From positions 1 through 58,959 of the forward strand of contig CAXMQO010000036.1 of the NCBI GenBank assembly GCA_964195515.1: a stretch of DNA of 58,959 nt, read 5' to 3'. The DNA comes from an uncultured Saprospiraceae bacterium. GTDB lineage: Bacteria; Actinomycetota; Acidimicrobiia; Spongiisociales; UBA5794. The position numbers were made by a program, and so were the translations under genes. Below the pieces are notes generated by a model that did not search any database, had not been told where the DNA came from, and was given only the letters and a program-made list of their open reading frames with translations. Shown one piece after another: positions 1 through 10,069 of the stretch (position 1 is its first letter; every line of letters starts with the position of its first letter).

Positions 1-297
1 GTCTGGCCGCGGGCCGAGGAGTTCGGCTTCGACGACGAGATGGATGCATTTGGGCTCCAATTCGGCCATGGGCTCGGTGTAGGCCTCCACGAACGACCGA
101 TCATCAGCCGCCTGAACTCCCTCGACGACCCCGTCGAGATCAAGGAGGGCATGGTGTTTGCTCTCGAGACCTATGCGCCAGCGACCGACGGCCGGTCCGC
201 TGCTCGCATCGAAGAAGAGGTGGTCGTCACCGCAGAGGGACCGAAGATCATCACGCTCTTCCCCTGTGAAGAGCTCATGGTTGCCAACGAGTACTAG
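1..297 (+). CDS. M24 (Xaa-Pro peptidase/pita-bread fold) family protein, 3' part only
   Basis: Frame open from base 1 (VWPRAEEFGF...); M24 motifs FGHGLGVGLHERP, FALET, RIEEEVVVT; stop at 295-297. Confidence 0.85.
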   Translation, partial: VWPRAEEFGFDDEMDAFGLQFGHGLGVGLHERPIISRLNSLDDPVEIKEGMVFALETYAPATDGRSAARIEEEVVVTAEGPKIITLFPCEELMVANEY

Positions 298-310
298 AGG
301 AAACGAAGGC

Positions 311-1150
311 GTGAACAGCCCGCTGGTTACCACTCAATGGCTCGCGGACCATCTTGATGACCCCACCGTCGTGATCCTCGAGGTGTCCATCGATCCGCTC
401 GCCGAAGCTGACTACCGAGCCGGACATATCCCGGGATCTCACTTCGTATATTGGAAGGACCTGCTCTGGCACGACAGCGACCGGGAATTCCCTTCGCCCG
501 AGGTGCTGGCAGAACGGCTCCGGGCGCTCGGCGTCAACCACGACACGGCGGTCGCTCTGATCGGTGACCCGTTCCAGTTCGGTGCCTATGCGTACTGGGT
601 CATGACGATGTCGGGACAAGAAGACCGCTGCCGCCTCGTGGACGGGGGACGCCGAACCTGGGTGGCCGAGCAGCGTCCGCTCACAACCGACGTCCTTGAG
701 CCATTCGTCGGCGACCTCACTGCCGGTTCCGTTGACTCGAGTCCGCGAATCGGGCGAGATGAGGTCAGGGCGGGTCTCGGCTCCGACGGTCCGCTCCTCA
801 TCGACATGCGATCACCTGAGGAGTATCGGGGTGAACGGGTCTCCCCGCCCTGGCTGGCCTTCGATCACGGAGCAGAGCGGCGAGGTCACATCCCAGGAGC
901 ACGCAGTTTGTTCATCGACAACCTGCTGACCGACACCGGCACGCTGCTGCCGCCCAACGAACTGAGTGAACGCTTCGAAGCCGTTGGGGTCCGGGATGAC
1001 ATCGACATCGTCACGTACTGCCGCCTGAGCCATCGTGGATCGCTCGCCTGGTTCATCCTGACGCGTTTGCTTGGGGAATCGGACGTGCGGGTGTACGACG
1101 GCAGCTGGACCGAGTGGGGAAGTATCGTCGGATTCCCCATCGAACGTTGA
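311..1150 (+). CDS. Two-domain rhodanese / thiosulfate sulfurtransferase
   Basis: GTG start at 311 (PLVTTQWLADHL); GHIPGS and GHIPGA motifs, active-site loop CRLSHR, C-terminal YDGSWTEWG signature. Confidence 0.9.
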   Translation: MNSPLVTTQWLADHLDDPTVVILEVSIDPLAEADYRAGHIPGSHFVYWKDLLWHDSDREFPSPEVLAERLRALGVNHDTAVALIGDPFQFGAYAYWVMTMSGQEDRCRLVDGGRRTWVAEQRPLTTDVLEPFVGDLTAGSVDSSPRIGRDEVRAGLGSDGPLLIDMRSPEEYRGERVSPPWLAFDHGAERRGHIPGARSLFIDNLLTDTGTLLPPNELSERFEAVGVRDDIDIVTYCRLSHRGSLAWFILTRLLGESDVRVYDGSWTEWGSIVGFPIER

Positions 1151-1269
1151 TTCGTGGTGCCGGGTGTTCCGGCCTTCCACGGTGGATTTGGTCAGAGGCA
1201 GATCGCTAAGGTCGGCGTGCTCCCCTCGGAGCGCGCCATTGTCAATCAATCGAGACGACAGGGGACGAG

Positions 1270-1938
1270 ATGGCCAGGTTCGCGAGACTTACCGTGCTCA
1301 ACTCGATGATCGACGTCGGGTTGGTTCCCGTCTTCCATCATGATGGAGTCGACACAGCGTGCTCCATCGTCGCCGCATTGAGCCGAGGCGGAGCACGCGC
1401 CATCGAATTCACGAATCGCGGCGACCACGCCTTCGAGATCTTTTCTGAACTGGAGCGGTACTGCTCGTCCGAACACCCGGACGTGATACTCGGAGCCGGA
1501 ACCGTCATCGATGAGATCACAGCCGGCACCTACATCAACCTCGGCGCCAACTTCGTCGTAGGTCCCGCGCTCGACCGCCGGGTGGCGGAAGTGTGCAATC
1601 GTCGGAAGGTTGCCTATTCACCCGGCTGTGGATCAGCGACGGAGATTACGTTCGCTCACGAGCTTGGCTGCGAAATCGTGAAGGTGTTCCCCGGCGGACT
1701 CGTCGGTGGCCCCGCCTTCGTCAAAGCTGTTCGCGGACCATGCCCGTGGGCACTTCTCATGCCAACCGGCGGTGTGGATATCACGCGTGAATCACTGACG
1801 GGTTGGTTCGCAGCGGGGGTTCCCTGCGTCGGGATCGGGTCCAAACTCGTGAGCAAGGCACTCGTGGAAGCGGCAGATTGGGAAACCCTCGAGCAGCGCA
1901 CGGCCGATGTGCTCTCGATCATTTCGAGTCTGCGATAG
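1270..1938 (+). CDS. eda: KDPG/KHG aldolase
   Basis: IEFTNR, GAGTV, FVVGP, KVFPG (Schiff-base Lys), MPTGGV; adjacent to KDG kinase. Confidence 0.9.
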   Translation: MARFARLTVLNSMIDVGLVPVFHHDGVDTACSIVAALSRGGARAIEFTNRGDHAFEIFSELERYCSSEHPDVILGAGTVIDEITAGTYINLGANFVVGPALDRRVAEVCNRRKVAYSPGCGSATEITFAHELGCEIVKVFPGGLVGGPAFVKAVRGPCPWALLMPTGGVDITRESLTGWFAAGVPCVGIGSKLVSKALVEAADWETLEQRTADVLSIISSLR

Positions 1939-1983
1939 ACGGGATATCGTCGAGTTCGGTCACCCGGAGTAGGAGGCGTGGAC

Positions 1984-3084
1984 ATGTCAACGCTGGATCT
2001 GAAGAGCCGAGAAGCGTGCCGGTGGGACGCGGTCGCCCTCGGTGAGGTCATGTTGCGGCTCGACCCAGGTTCGGGACGAGTCCGCACGACCCGATCGTTC
2101 CAGGTTTGGGAAGGTGGGGGCGAGTACAACGTGGCCCGCGCCTTGCGCAAGTGTTTCGGCCTCCGCACTGCCGTGGTGACCGCACTCGTCGACAACGAAG
2201 TCGGTCACCTCGTCGAAGACCTCATGCTGACGGGCGGAGTGGATGTCTCGCACGTGAAATGGGTCCCCTTCGATGGTCTCGGACGTGCGTCGCGTGTTGG
2301 GCTCAACTTCACCGAGAAGGGGTACGGAATCAGGTCTGCCTTGGGAACCTCAGATCGAGGGCATACGGCCGCCTCGCAGTTGCGCCCAGGTGACATCGAT
2401 TGGGAACAGCTCTTCGGTAGCGAGGGTGTCCGGTGGTTCCACACGGGTGGGATCTTCGCCGCGCTGTCCGCCGAGACGCCCGACGTGGTCATTGAAGCCA
2501 TCACTGCGGCAAGACGATACGGAACGATCGTCTCGTACGATCTCAACTTCAGACCCTCCTTGTGGGAATCACACGGAGGCAATGAGCGGGCTATCGAGGT
2601 GAACCGGACGATTGCGCCCATGGTCGACGTCATGATCGGCAACGAGGAGGACTTCACCGCCTCGCTCGGTTTCACCGTCGAAGGTGTGGAGGAATCGTTG
2701 TCGAAAATCGACCCAGCCGCATTCGGCCGCATGATGACTGCACTTGTCGAGGAATACCCCAACTTCACGGTGGTGGCGACAACGCTGCGCGACGCCAAGA
2801 CGGCGACCATCAACGACTGGTCGGCTGTCCTGTACGCCGATGGTGGCCTTCACGTCGCACGGCGGCGAGAGAACCTCGAGATCTACGATCGCGTCGGTGG
2901 CGGTGACGGATTTGCTTCCGGCATGGCGTATGCCTTCCTCACCGACCGAACTCCGGCCGAAGCGGTCGAATTCGGAGCGACCCACGGAGCCCTCGCCATG
3001 ACAACCCCCGGAGACACGTCGATGGTCACCTTGGCGGAGGTTGAGCGCGCAATGGGAGCCTCGGGCGCACGTGTGATCCGGTGA
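1984..3084 (+). CDS. kdgK: 2-keto-3-deoxygluconate kinase (PfkB family)
   Basis: GEVMLRL, GGGEYNVA, SYDLNFR, DRVGGGDGF PfkB signature; AGGAGG 6 nt before ATG 1984. Confidence 0.88.
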   Translation: MSTLDLKSREACRWDAVALGEVMLRLDPGSGRVRTTRSFQVWEGGGEYNVARALRKCFGLRTAVVTALVDNEVGHLVEDLMLTGGVDVSHVKWVPFDGLGRASRVGLNFTEKGYGIRSALGTSDRGHTAASQLRPGDIDWEQLFGSEGVRWFHTGGIFAALSAETPDVVIEAITAARRYGTIVSYDLNFRPSLWESHGGNERAIEVNRTIAPMVDVMIGNEEDFTASLGFTVEGVEESLSKIDPAAFGRMMTALVEEYPNFTVVATTLRDAKTATINDWSAVLYADGGLHVARRRENLEIYDRVGGGDGFASGMAYAFLTDRTPAEAVEFGATHGALAMTTPGDTSMVTLAEVERAMGASGARVIR

Positions 3085-3208
3085 GCGGCCCATTCCCCCA
3101 ACCACGCCGAACACCCGCGTCCACCACGGATCGCTCGGCCTTCCCGAAGTGAGTCCGGCGATTCGCTAGCCTCCCCGAGCAACTGCATCGCGGCAGGGCA
3201 AGGAGAGA

Positions 3209-4090
3209 ATGGCTATGGGTGGGGCAGCGTGGGCCCTCTTTGCCGGCGTGTCCTTCGGCATCTTCCAGGCCGTCAACCGACGGGCCAACCAACTCATCGA
3301 TCCCTATCGGACCACGTTCGCCCTTCTCTTGGTCGCGGTCGTCGGGCTCGGCATCTTCTCCGCCGCTACCCAGGACCTCGCGCTGCTCTCGTCGGCGCCG
3401 GTCTTCGCCCTCCTCGCCTTCGGGGCCGCCGGGGTGATCCACTTCTTCTTCGGCTGGACGTTCCTCAGCCTTAGCCAGCAGCGAATCGGGGCGTCCAACA
3501 CCGGTGTGGTCACGGCTGCTACACCTCTGATCGGCAGCCTGCTGGCTGTGCTTGTGCTCGACGAGAAGTTGGGTCCTGTTGCGCTGGTGGCGATCGCCCT
3601 TGTATCCGCAGGTGTGATCCTGATCGCACGTCGAGCAAGTGGCGGTGGCGATCAACGGCTCACCTATCCGTGGTTTGCCCTCGCTGCCTCGCTGTCGTGG
3701 GGTACCAGTCCGCTGTTCATCCGCTGGGGTCTGGAAGGCTTGTCGAGCCCAGTGATCGGCGTCACGATCGGCCTGGCCGCCGCAACCGCGCTGTACGCCG
3801 TCGTGCTGGCCTCGGGAAGGGTACCAACCACATCAGGAGTGCCGCCTGAGGTACGCCGCTGGATTCTGATCGGTGGGATCCTCGTAGCGGTGGCGATTGC
3901 AGCACAGTGGACAGCGCTCGACCTCGTCGAAGTCAATGTTGTCGTGACACTGCAGCAAGCGGCAACCCCTGTTGTTGTGCTCATAGCCCCGTTCATCGTC
4001 GGGACGGTGATCGAGCGGTGGACATGGCGTCTCATTCTCGGCATGGTGGCCGTCATCGCCGGCTCGACCATGGTGATCTGGGCCAACTGA
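3209..4090 (+). CDS. DMT/EamA family transporter
   Basis: About 10 hydrophobic segments in two repeats, IGASNTG and VLDEKLG EamA-like motifs; GGAG upstream of the ATG. Confidence 0.85.
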   Translation: MAMGGAAWALFAGVSFGIFQAVNRRANQLIDPYRTTFALLLVAVVGLGIFSAATQDLALLSSAPVFALLAFGAAGVIHFFFGWTFLSLSQQRIGASNTGVVTAATPLIGSLLAVLVLDEKLGPVALVAIALVSAGVILIARRASGGGDQRLTYPWFALAASLSWGTSPLFIRWGLEGLSSPVIGVTIGLAAATALYAVVLASGRVPTTSGVPPEVRRWILIGGILVAVAIAAQWTALDLVEVNVVVTLQQAATPVVVLIAPFIVGTVIERWTWRLILGMVAVIAGSTMVIWAN

Positions 4091-4153
4091 GGCACCAGTT
4101 CAACCGACCCTGCGGTGGGTGGTGGGCGCTTGTTGCACCGCCGGAGGGGACGA

Positions 4154-5416
4154 CTACTTGGGCACCTGGGCCACAATCTCCTCGGCGAGCGCCAGCGCGG
4201 CGGTAGCGCCGGGAGAGGGGGCGTTGCGGACGGCCACCACTCGATCGGTGCGTGTAACAACGAAGTCACTGAGGAGATCGCCGTTTCTGCTCACTGCTTG
4301 GGCCCTCACCCCGGCTCTGGCCGGCGCCAGATCGTCGGACTCAATCGATGGCACATACTTCTGAAGCTCCCGCACATATGCACCCCTGTTCAGGGAGCGC
4401 CAGGCTTCGATCGTCCCTCGTCGCCAATGCCGAGCAGCCAACCGCCACATTCCCGGCAGACGCAGGAGTTCGCCAACGTACCTCGCGTCAATGTCGCCCC
4501 ACCGGTAGCCGTCGCGCGAAAGAGCTAGCAAGGCATTGGGCCCGACGAGCACCTCGCTATGCACGGTTGGGGTGAAGTGGACGCCGAGGAACGGATAACG
4601 CGGATCCGGCAACGGGTAGATGAGCCCATTTACGAGTTCCTTCGACGAACCGACGAGATGCATGTACTCGCCACGGAACGGGACGATCGTGGGCTCCAAC
4701 GCATCGCCGGCTGTTCGGGCCAGCCGATCCGACTGAAGACCGGCGCAGATGATGGCCGATCCAGCCGTGACAGTGATGCCGCCACGGGTCGAGATCTCGA
4801 CCCGCGATGACGTCGACGTCATGCCGGATACCTCGACGCCGGTGTGCACCGATCCACCCATCGACGTCACATCGTCGCCCATGGCCCCCGCAAGGGCTGC
4901 GAAGTCCGTGATCGCCGTCGTCGGGGACCAGATGGCCGCATGGCCGGCCGCGGCCGGCTCTCGCTCCCTGATGCCGGCTCCGTCCAGTACTTCCAGCCCT
5001 GGTACGCCGTTGGCCGTAGCGTTGTCGAGAAGGCTCCCGAGCCGATCCGACTCGTGTGGGGAAGTAGCGATCACCAACTTCCCGCACTCCTCGTAGGGGA
5101 CGTGTTTCTCACGAGCGAAGTCACGAAGCAGCGGGATGGCCCGTTTGGTCAAGGTGGCCTTCTGCGATCCCGGTGGGTAGTAGATGCCGGCGTGGACGAC
5201 GCCGCTATTCCTACCCGTCTGGTGCATGGCGATCGCGCGTTCCGTCTCGAGAACGACGACGTCGCTGCGGGGGCGCTCGAGGAGGAGTTGGCGCGCTACG
5301 GCGAGACCGATGATGCCGCCACCGACTACCACGTAGTCCGCTGTCGCTGACGGCGCGTCGCCACCCGCGGGGTGGTTCTGTTCTGCCTCGGCCTGCGGGG
5401 CGGATGAGTTCATCAT
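4154..5416 (-). CDS. lhgO: L-2-hydroxyglutarate oxidase
   Basis: VVGGGIIG FAD motif, HQTGRNSGVVHAGIYY, FRGEY, PFLGVHFT, AGVRAQA, NAPSPGAT; start uncertain, ATG 5416 chosen. Confidence 0.85.
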   Translation of the reverse strand: MMNSSAPQAEAEQNHPAGGDAPSATADYVVVGGGIIGLAVARQLLLERPRSDVVVLETERAIAMHQTGRNSGVVHAGIYYPPGSQKATLTKRAIPLLRDFAREKHVPYEECGKLVIATSPHESDRLGSLLDNATANGVPGLEVLDGAGIREREPAAAGHAAIWSPTTAITDFAALAGAMGDDVTSMGGSVHTGVEVSGMTSTSSRVEISTRGGITVTAGSAIICAGLQSDRLARTAGDALEPTIVPFRGEYMHLVGSSKELVNGLIYPLPDPRYPFLGVHFTPTVHSEVLVGPNALLALSRDGYRWGDIDARYVGELLRLPGMWRLAARHWRRGTIEAWRSLNRGAYVRELQKYVPSIESDDLAPARAGVRAQAVSRNGDLLSDFVVTRTDRVVAVRNAPSPGATAALALAEEIVAQVPK

Positions 5417-5514
5417 GTCATGGTAGGAGCGATCGCCGGCGACGTCCTGCGGCAGCAAGAATCCCTGTCTCGGAGTCCGCGTCGACGTGATTGCCACCGG
5501 GGTATGCTCCACCA

Positions 5515-5526
5515 TCAAACGATTGC
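5515..5526. promoter_or_regulatory. LacI-type operator TCAAACGATTGC
   Basis: Between divergent lhgO and the 5561 dehydrogenase; near-copy of the motif at 7053, 14078, 18788. Confidence 0.6.
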
Positions 5527-5560
5527 GACGCCCTGCACATGGGCGATTCTGGAGATTCAC

Positions 5561-6496
5561 ATGGAAGCTGGGTACTCGCACACGATCGGTTGGATCGGCG
5601 CCGGCCGAATGGGCTCAGCGCTGATCAAGCGACTGCTCGCAAACGGCTGCGACGTGTCCGTGTACAACCGAACCAGGGCCAAGGCTGAAGCGCTCGTTGA
5701 GTTCGGAGCAAAGGTGGTCGACAGCCCGGCCGACCTCGCCGATCGCGACATCGTCTTCACCACGGTGGCCGGCCCCAAAGATGTCATCGAGGTCACGCTC
5801 GGCGAGAACGGCGTCTTCTCCCGCGCCGACACCTGTCCGCGCATCATCGTCGACTCCACGACGATCAATCCCGACGCATCGGTGACGCTGCGAGAAGGTG
5901 CGGGAAGGCGTGGTGCTGCTGTGGTGGCCGCCCCGGTTAGCGGCAATGCCAAGGTGGTGCGGTCCGGCAGGCTCACCGCGGTGGCTTCCGGCCCGCTCGA
6001 GGCCTACGAAGAGGTGCTTCCGTATCTCGACATGTACGGCGAGAAGGTCACCTATGTCGGGACGGGAGACGAGGCTCGGTTGGTCAAGATATGCCACAAC
6101 CTGCTCCTTGGTGTCGTCACCCAGACGATGGCCGAAATCACAGTGCTCGCTGAGGCCGGCGGAGTCTCGCGTGCCGACTTCCTCGAATTCTTGAACGACA
6201 GCGTGATGGGATCGACGTTCTCCCGATACAAGACACCGGCGTTCGTCAACCTCAAGTGGGTGCCCACCTTCACCTGGCACTTGCTGCGCAAGGACTTCGA
6301 ACTCGGTCTCGAGCAAGGCAGGGCACTTAACGTGCCTCTGCCGACGTCCGCCCTCGCCCATCAGATCGTGGTGGAGGGCATCGCTCGAGGCTGGGGAGAC
6401 GAAGATTTCGCAGCCCTGCTCGAACTCCAGGCTGCTGCCTCCGGCAGGACACTTGAACCGGAGAACGTCGAAGTGGACGACGGCCTGTCGGGCTGA
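5561..6496 (+). CDS. Beta-hydroxyacid dehydrogenase (3-hydroxyisobutyrate DH / tartronate semialdehyde reductase family)
   Basis: GWIGAGRMG Rossmann motif, YNRT, APVSG, VKICHN catalytic Lys; GGAG before ATG 5561. Confidence 0.88.
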   Translation: MEAGYSHTIGWIGAGRMGSALIKRLLANGCDVSVYNRTRAKAEALVEFGAKVVDSPADLADRDIVFTTVAGPKDVIEVTLGENGVFSRADTCPRIIVDSTTINPDASVTLREGAGRRGAAVVAAPVSGNAKVVRSGRLTAVASGPLEAYEEVLPYLDMYGEKVTYVGTGDEARLVKICHNLLLGVVTQTMAEITVLAEAGGVSRADFLEFLNDSVMGSTFSRYKTPAFVNLKWVPTFTWHLLRKDFELGLEQGRALNVPLPTSALAHQIVVEGIARGWGDEDFAALLELQAAASGRTLEPENVEVDDGLSG

Positions 6497-6535
6497 TCCG
6501 CCCGCGGTCGTCGCGACCTCAATGGTGCGACGTGC

Positions 6536-7030
6536 TCACGCTTCGCGCGCCTTGGCTACCCACAACATTTCGACGTTGACGCCCGCGTCCTTCACCAGGT
6601 TGTAGACCGGACAGCGGGCTTCGGTTTCCTCCACAACAGCAGCCAGCCTCTCCGGGCTCTCATCGGTGACAACCGTGGCTTGCACGCGAATCGTCTGGAA
6701 GTGCGGTCTCACCTCTCGAACGCCCATACGTCCTCTGATATCGATGGTGAACTCCGCTTCGAAATCGATACCGTCGTAGCTGAAGTCCATGTCGTCGGAC
6801 GTACGGTGAAATGTCACGGACTCACAACCGCAAAGCGCACCGAGCACTGCTTGCAGCGGTGAAGGGCCCTCCCCGGCCCCGCCGTGGGCAATTGGCTCAT
6901 CGGTGACCATGTGCCCATATTCGCCGTAGTCGTGGACGGCCATCATCGACCCGTCGTTGTAGACCGAAACCGTCTTGCGGCGAATGATGGGCTCCGGCAT
7001 GTCCTCGGACGTGGTTACGTGGGTCGCCAT
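6536..7030 (-). CDS. OsmC/Ohr family protein
   Basis: DEPIAHGG, PSPLQAVLGALCGC and RCPVYN Cys motifs; AGGAGG before ATG 7030. Confidence 0.85.
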   Translation of the reverse strand: MATHVTTSEDMPEPIIRRKTVSVYNDGSMMAVHDYGEYGHMVTDEPIAHGGAGEGPSPLQAVLGALCGCESVTFHRTSDDMDFSYDGIDFEAEFTIDIRGRMGVREVRPHFQTIRVQATVVTDESPERLAAVVEETEARCPVYNLVKDAGVNVEMLWVAKAREA

Positions 7031-7052
7031 GTTCCTCCTGCGCTGCCGGTCT

Positions 7053-7064
7053 ACAATCGATTGC
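7053..7064. promoter_or_regulatory. LacI-type operator ACAATCGATTGC overlapping a TACAAT -10-like hexamer
   Basis: Between divergent osmC and lacI; TACAAT at 7052-7057 on + strand. Confidence 0.65.
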
Positions 7065-7181
7065 GGGAGCCTACCCGATAGCGGCACAACCTTCGGTAGA
7101 CGGGCTTGGCAGCGTCTCGAACGCGGCGAGTCCTTCCGTCGATCCGCTACGGACGAGAAGACAGAGGGGGGCCATCTGATA

Positions 7182-8216
7182 GTGAAAGCCATCACACTCA
7201 AGGACGTCGCACGCGAAGCCGGTGTCCACATTTCGACGGCCTCACGCGGCCTCAACGAAGAGACACGGTCCGAATTGAGTGTCGAAACCGCCGACCGGGT
7301 CATCGCCGCAGCCGAACTCCTCGGATATCAGCCTCACCCCTTCGCCAGAGGTTTGCGGACCAACCGCACGCAGTCGGTGGGTATGGTCGTGCCAGATCTA
7401 ATCAGCCCGTTCATCCCGCCCATCCTCGCGGGCGCCCAACGCAGTTTGAGCAAGGCCGGGTACTCGCTGCTGATCGGCTCAGACGACGAAGGTTCGCAGC
7501 GCACCAAGACCGCGGTGGAGACCTTCCTGGACCGGCGTGTTGATGGGCTGATCGTGGCCAATGCCCGTCTTGACTTCACACCCCCCGAGCCGGTGTTGCT
7601 CCACGAGGTGCCGACCGTCCTGGTCGGCCGGTCAGTGGAGAACGAGTCCCTCCCGGCAATCGTGGGCGACGACAAGGCCGCGCTTGCTCTGGTCGTTCGT
7701 CACCTCGTGGAGCTAGGGCACACAAGGATCGCACACATCGCAGGCCCGCTCGACATCTCAACCGGCCTCTTCCGGAGGGACGGCTTCATCGACGCAATCG
7801 AAGGAGCGGGACTCGCCGCCTCCGACTGCAGGATCTTCGAAGCGGGGTCGTTCCGTTTAGAGGACGGTCACGCCGCGTGTGACCGACTGCTGGATTCGGA
7901 TGGCGTGATCACCGCGATCGTCGCCGCGAACGATCTCCTTGCGCTCGGCTGCATCGACGCAATCCGAGAACGCGGGCTCAGCATCCCGGGGGATCTCTCG
8001 GTCACGGGCTATGACGACATTGCGCTCGTCGATCGACTCGATCCGGCTCTGACCACAATCTCGCTCCCCTACGAAGCGATGGGTGGGGCAGCAGGATGCC
8101 TCCTGCTCGACCTGTTGGCCGAAGATGATCGCACCGTCGAGACGTCGTACGAGCCGATGCGCCTGACTCCTTCGCTCGTGGTCCGCTCCTCGACGGGCCC
8201 GGTCGGCTCGAGGTAG
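7182..8216 (+). CDS. LacI family transcriptional regulator
   Basis: Read directly on + strand (track label is wrong): ITLKDVAREAGVHISTASRGL HTH, LGYQPHPFARGL hinge, DLSVTGYDD, LTTI. Confidence 0.95.
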   Translation: MKAITLKDVAREAGVHISTASRGLNEETRSELSVETADRVIAAAELLGYQPHPFARGLRTNRTQSVGMVVPDLISPFIPPILAGAQRSLSKAGYSLLIGSDDEGSQRTKTAVETFLDRRVDGLIVANARLDFTPPEPVLLHEVPTVLVGRSVENESLPAIVGDDKAALALVVRHLVELGHTRIAHIAGPLDISTGLFRRDGFIDAIEGAGLAASDCRIFEAGSFRLEDGHAACDRLLDSDGVITAIVAANDLLALGCIDAIRERGLSIPGDLSVTGYDDIALVDRLDPALTTISLPYEAMGGAAGCLLLDLLAEDDRTVETSYEPMRLTPSLVVRSSTGPVGSR

Positions 8217-8229
8217 GCCGGCCGAAACC

Positions 8230-8973
8230 TCACGCAAGCCCGGACCACAGCAGCCGAACTGCTGCGATGCCTAGCACGACGAGAACGGCGTATTGGAAGG
8301 CCTGCACGGACAATCTCCTGCCAACGCGCATGGCGATTGGTGTCACCACGACAACGGGAATACAGGCGATGATCCCAGCGGTGACTCTCGCCTGGTCGTA
8401 GCCGCCGAGCGCCGCGAGCGAAGCGATCTGCATCAGCCCGAGGAAGAAGAACGGCGCCGCGACGGCGAATACGAATCCGGAGCGAGCGAGACGGAGGCTG
8501 TGGACATAGGTACCGACCACCGGTGCTGAGATTCCAGTGGCGCCGGCCAGCACACCGGCTCCGAACCCGGCCGGCGCCGCGAGACGACGTGCCGTTCGAT
8601 TGTCGATCTTCCGCTCCGGATTGAGGAAGTACCAGATGATGTACAGCAACATGAAGACACCAAGCAACACAGACATGATCCGGTCATCGATGTTCAACAG
8701 GAGCCACACACCCAGCAGCGTCCCGACCACCCCGGTTGCCATCATCGGAACGAGAAACCACCGGATATCAGATGCAGCCGACCGGTTCTCGATCATCAGC
8801 CAGAAGTTGGCGAGGGCCGCCGGGATCGCGATCACCGCGACTGCATATTCGACACCCATGAACGACGCCAGAACCGGGATCGCGAGCGGCGGGCCACCGA
8901 GGCCGGTAACACCTTTGGCAAAGAACCCAACCGCCACAGCCGCCAACACGAGGAGGATCTCACCAACTTCCAT
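8230..8973 (-). CDS. Sulfite exporter TauE/SafE family protein
   Basis: GFFAKGVTGLGG and GVLAGATGISAP repeats; about 8 TM segments. Confidence 0.85.
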   Translation of the reverse strand: MEVGEILLVLAAVAVGFFAKGVTGLGGPPLAIPVLASFMGVEYAVAVIAIPAALANFWLMIENRSAASDIRWFLVPMMATGVVGTLLGVWLLLNIDDRIMSVLLGVFMLLYIIWYFLNPERKIDNRTARRLAAPAGFGAGVLAGATGISAPVVGTYVHSLRLARSGFVFAVAAPFFFLGLMQIASLAALGGYDQARVTAGIIACIPVVVVTPIAMRVGRRLSVQAFQYAVLVVLGIAAVRLLWSGLA

Positions 8974-9025
8974 CTACGTCAGAGACGCGGCGACAGAGGA
9001 TTGGCCGAAACCGAGGTGGGGCACG

Positions 9026-10069
9026 TCAATCCCAGTTGAGGAACGCAGGTAATCGATTCATCTTTCGAAGTGTCCCGACGACGCCGAGTGGGAAGAACAA
9101 CAGCACCGCGACCAGCATGGTGCCTTGAATCACGATGTTGAACTCAGTGGCGCCGAAGAAGACGAGCGATAGCTCATTGATGGCGTAGATGAGAACGGCG
9201 CCCACGACCGGCCCTGCAACCGTCCCCTTCCCTCCGATGATGGCCATCAACACCATTTGCGCCGAGATCGCAATGGTGAAGAACACCGTCGGCCGGATGA
9301 ACGCGATTGAGTAGCCGTAGATCGCGCCGGCGACGCCCACCCAGAAGGCACTCATCGCAAATGCGGAGATCTTGTAGAGGCGGGTGGGAACGCCTGCGAC
9401 CTCGGCCTTCACCTCGTCTTCGGCGATCGCGCGCAGACCCATGCCGAACTTCGAGTGGGCAACTCGATAGGCCGTCCAGACTGCCCCCATCGCAATGAGA
9501 AGCATCGCGTAGTAGAACGGCACACGGAGCCACTCTTGTGAGAGTTCCAGAGGGGGAAGCGGAAGCCCTGCGGCACCACCCAGATATTCGAAGTTGTCGG
9601 TCATGAGCAGGAACATGAACAGCAGCGCAATCGTCGAGATGATGAAGGCCGGGCCACGGGTGCGCAGTGTGATGAACCCTGCAAGGAAGCCGATTGCCAC
9701 TGCCACCAGACCGCCGAGGGGAGCGGTCAGGAATGGGCTGACGCCGTGGTAATAGAGCAAGACGCCTGCGACATACCCGCCGACTCCCATGAACACACTG
9801 TGACCGAGCGAGATGTAGCCGGCAAATCCGCCAAGGATGTTCCAACTCGAACTCATTGCCACCCACATCAGAACGAGGGCTCCGATGGTCAACACATAGT
9901 TATAGGAACTGATCATCGGCCGGAACAACGGCAACGCCAGCAGGGCTACGACCACCGCTGCCAGCACGTACCAGCGATAGCGCGCCGGCCCTGGCGGGCG
10001 CTGGACCTCCTTGTGTTCCGGTTCGGGGGCGGAACCGTCGGGACCTACGGCGGCGCGGTCTTCGATCAC
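9026..10069 (-). CDS. Branched-chain-amino-acid-type ABC permease (LivM-like)
   Basis: SWNILGGFAGYISLGH, GLRAIAEDE, GGKGTVAGP; GTG start overlaps upstream stop (GTGA). Confidence 0.9.
   Translation of the reverse strand: MIEDRAAVGPDGSAPEPEHKEVQRPPGPARYRWYVLAAVVVALLALPLFRPMISSYNYVLTIGALVLMWVAMSSSWNILGGFAGYISLGHSVFMGVGGYVAGVLLYYHGVSPFLTAPLGGLVAVAIGFLAGFITLRTRGPAFIISTIALLFMFLLMTDNFEYLGGAAGLPLPPLELSQEWLRVPFYYAMLLIAMGAVWTAYRVAHSKFGMGLRAIAEDEVKAEVAGVPTRLYKISAFAMSAFWVGVAGAIYGYSIAFIRPTVFFTIAISAQMVLMAIIGGKGTVAGPVVGAVLIYAINELSLVFFGATEFNIVIQGTMLVAVLLFFPLGVVGTLRKMNRLPAFLNWD

Noticed and set aside
6975-8216. ORF track strand labels for 6975-8216, 37816-38508, 55781-56389 (given as -) and 50938-52158 (given as +)
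   Set aside because: Direct reading shows the listed proteins are encoded on the opposite strand from the label; corrected in the features
9049-9060. GTAATCGATTCA resembling the GntR operator
   Set aside because: Imperfect, inside the 3' end of a coding region and not near a likely promoter
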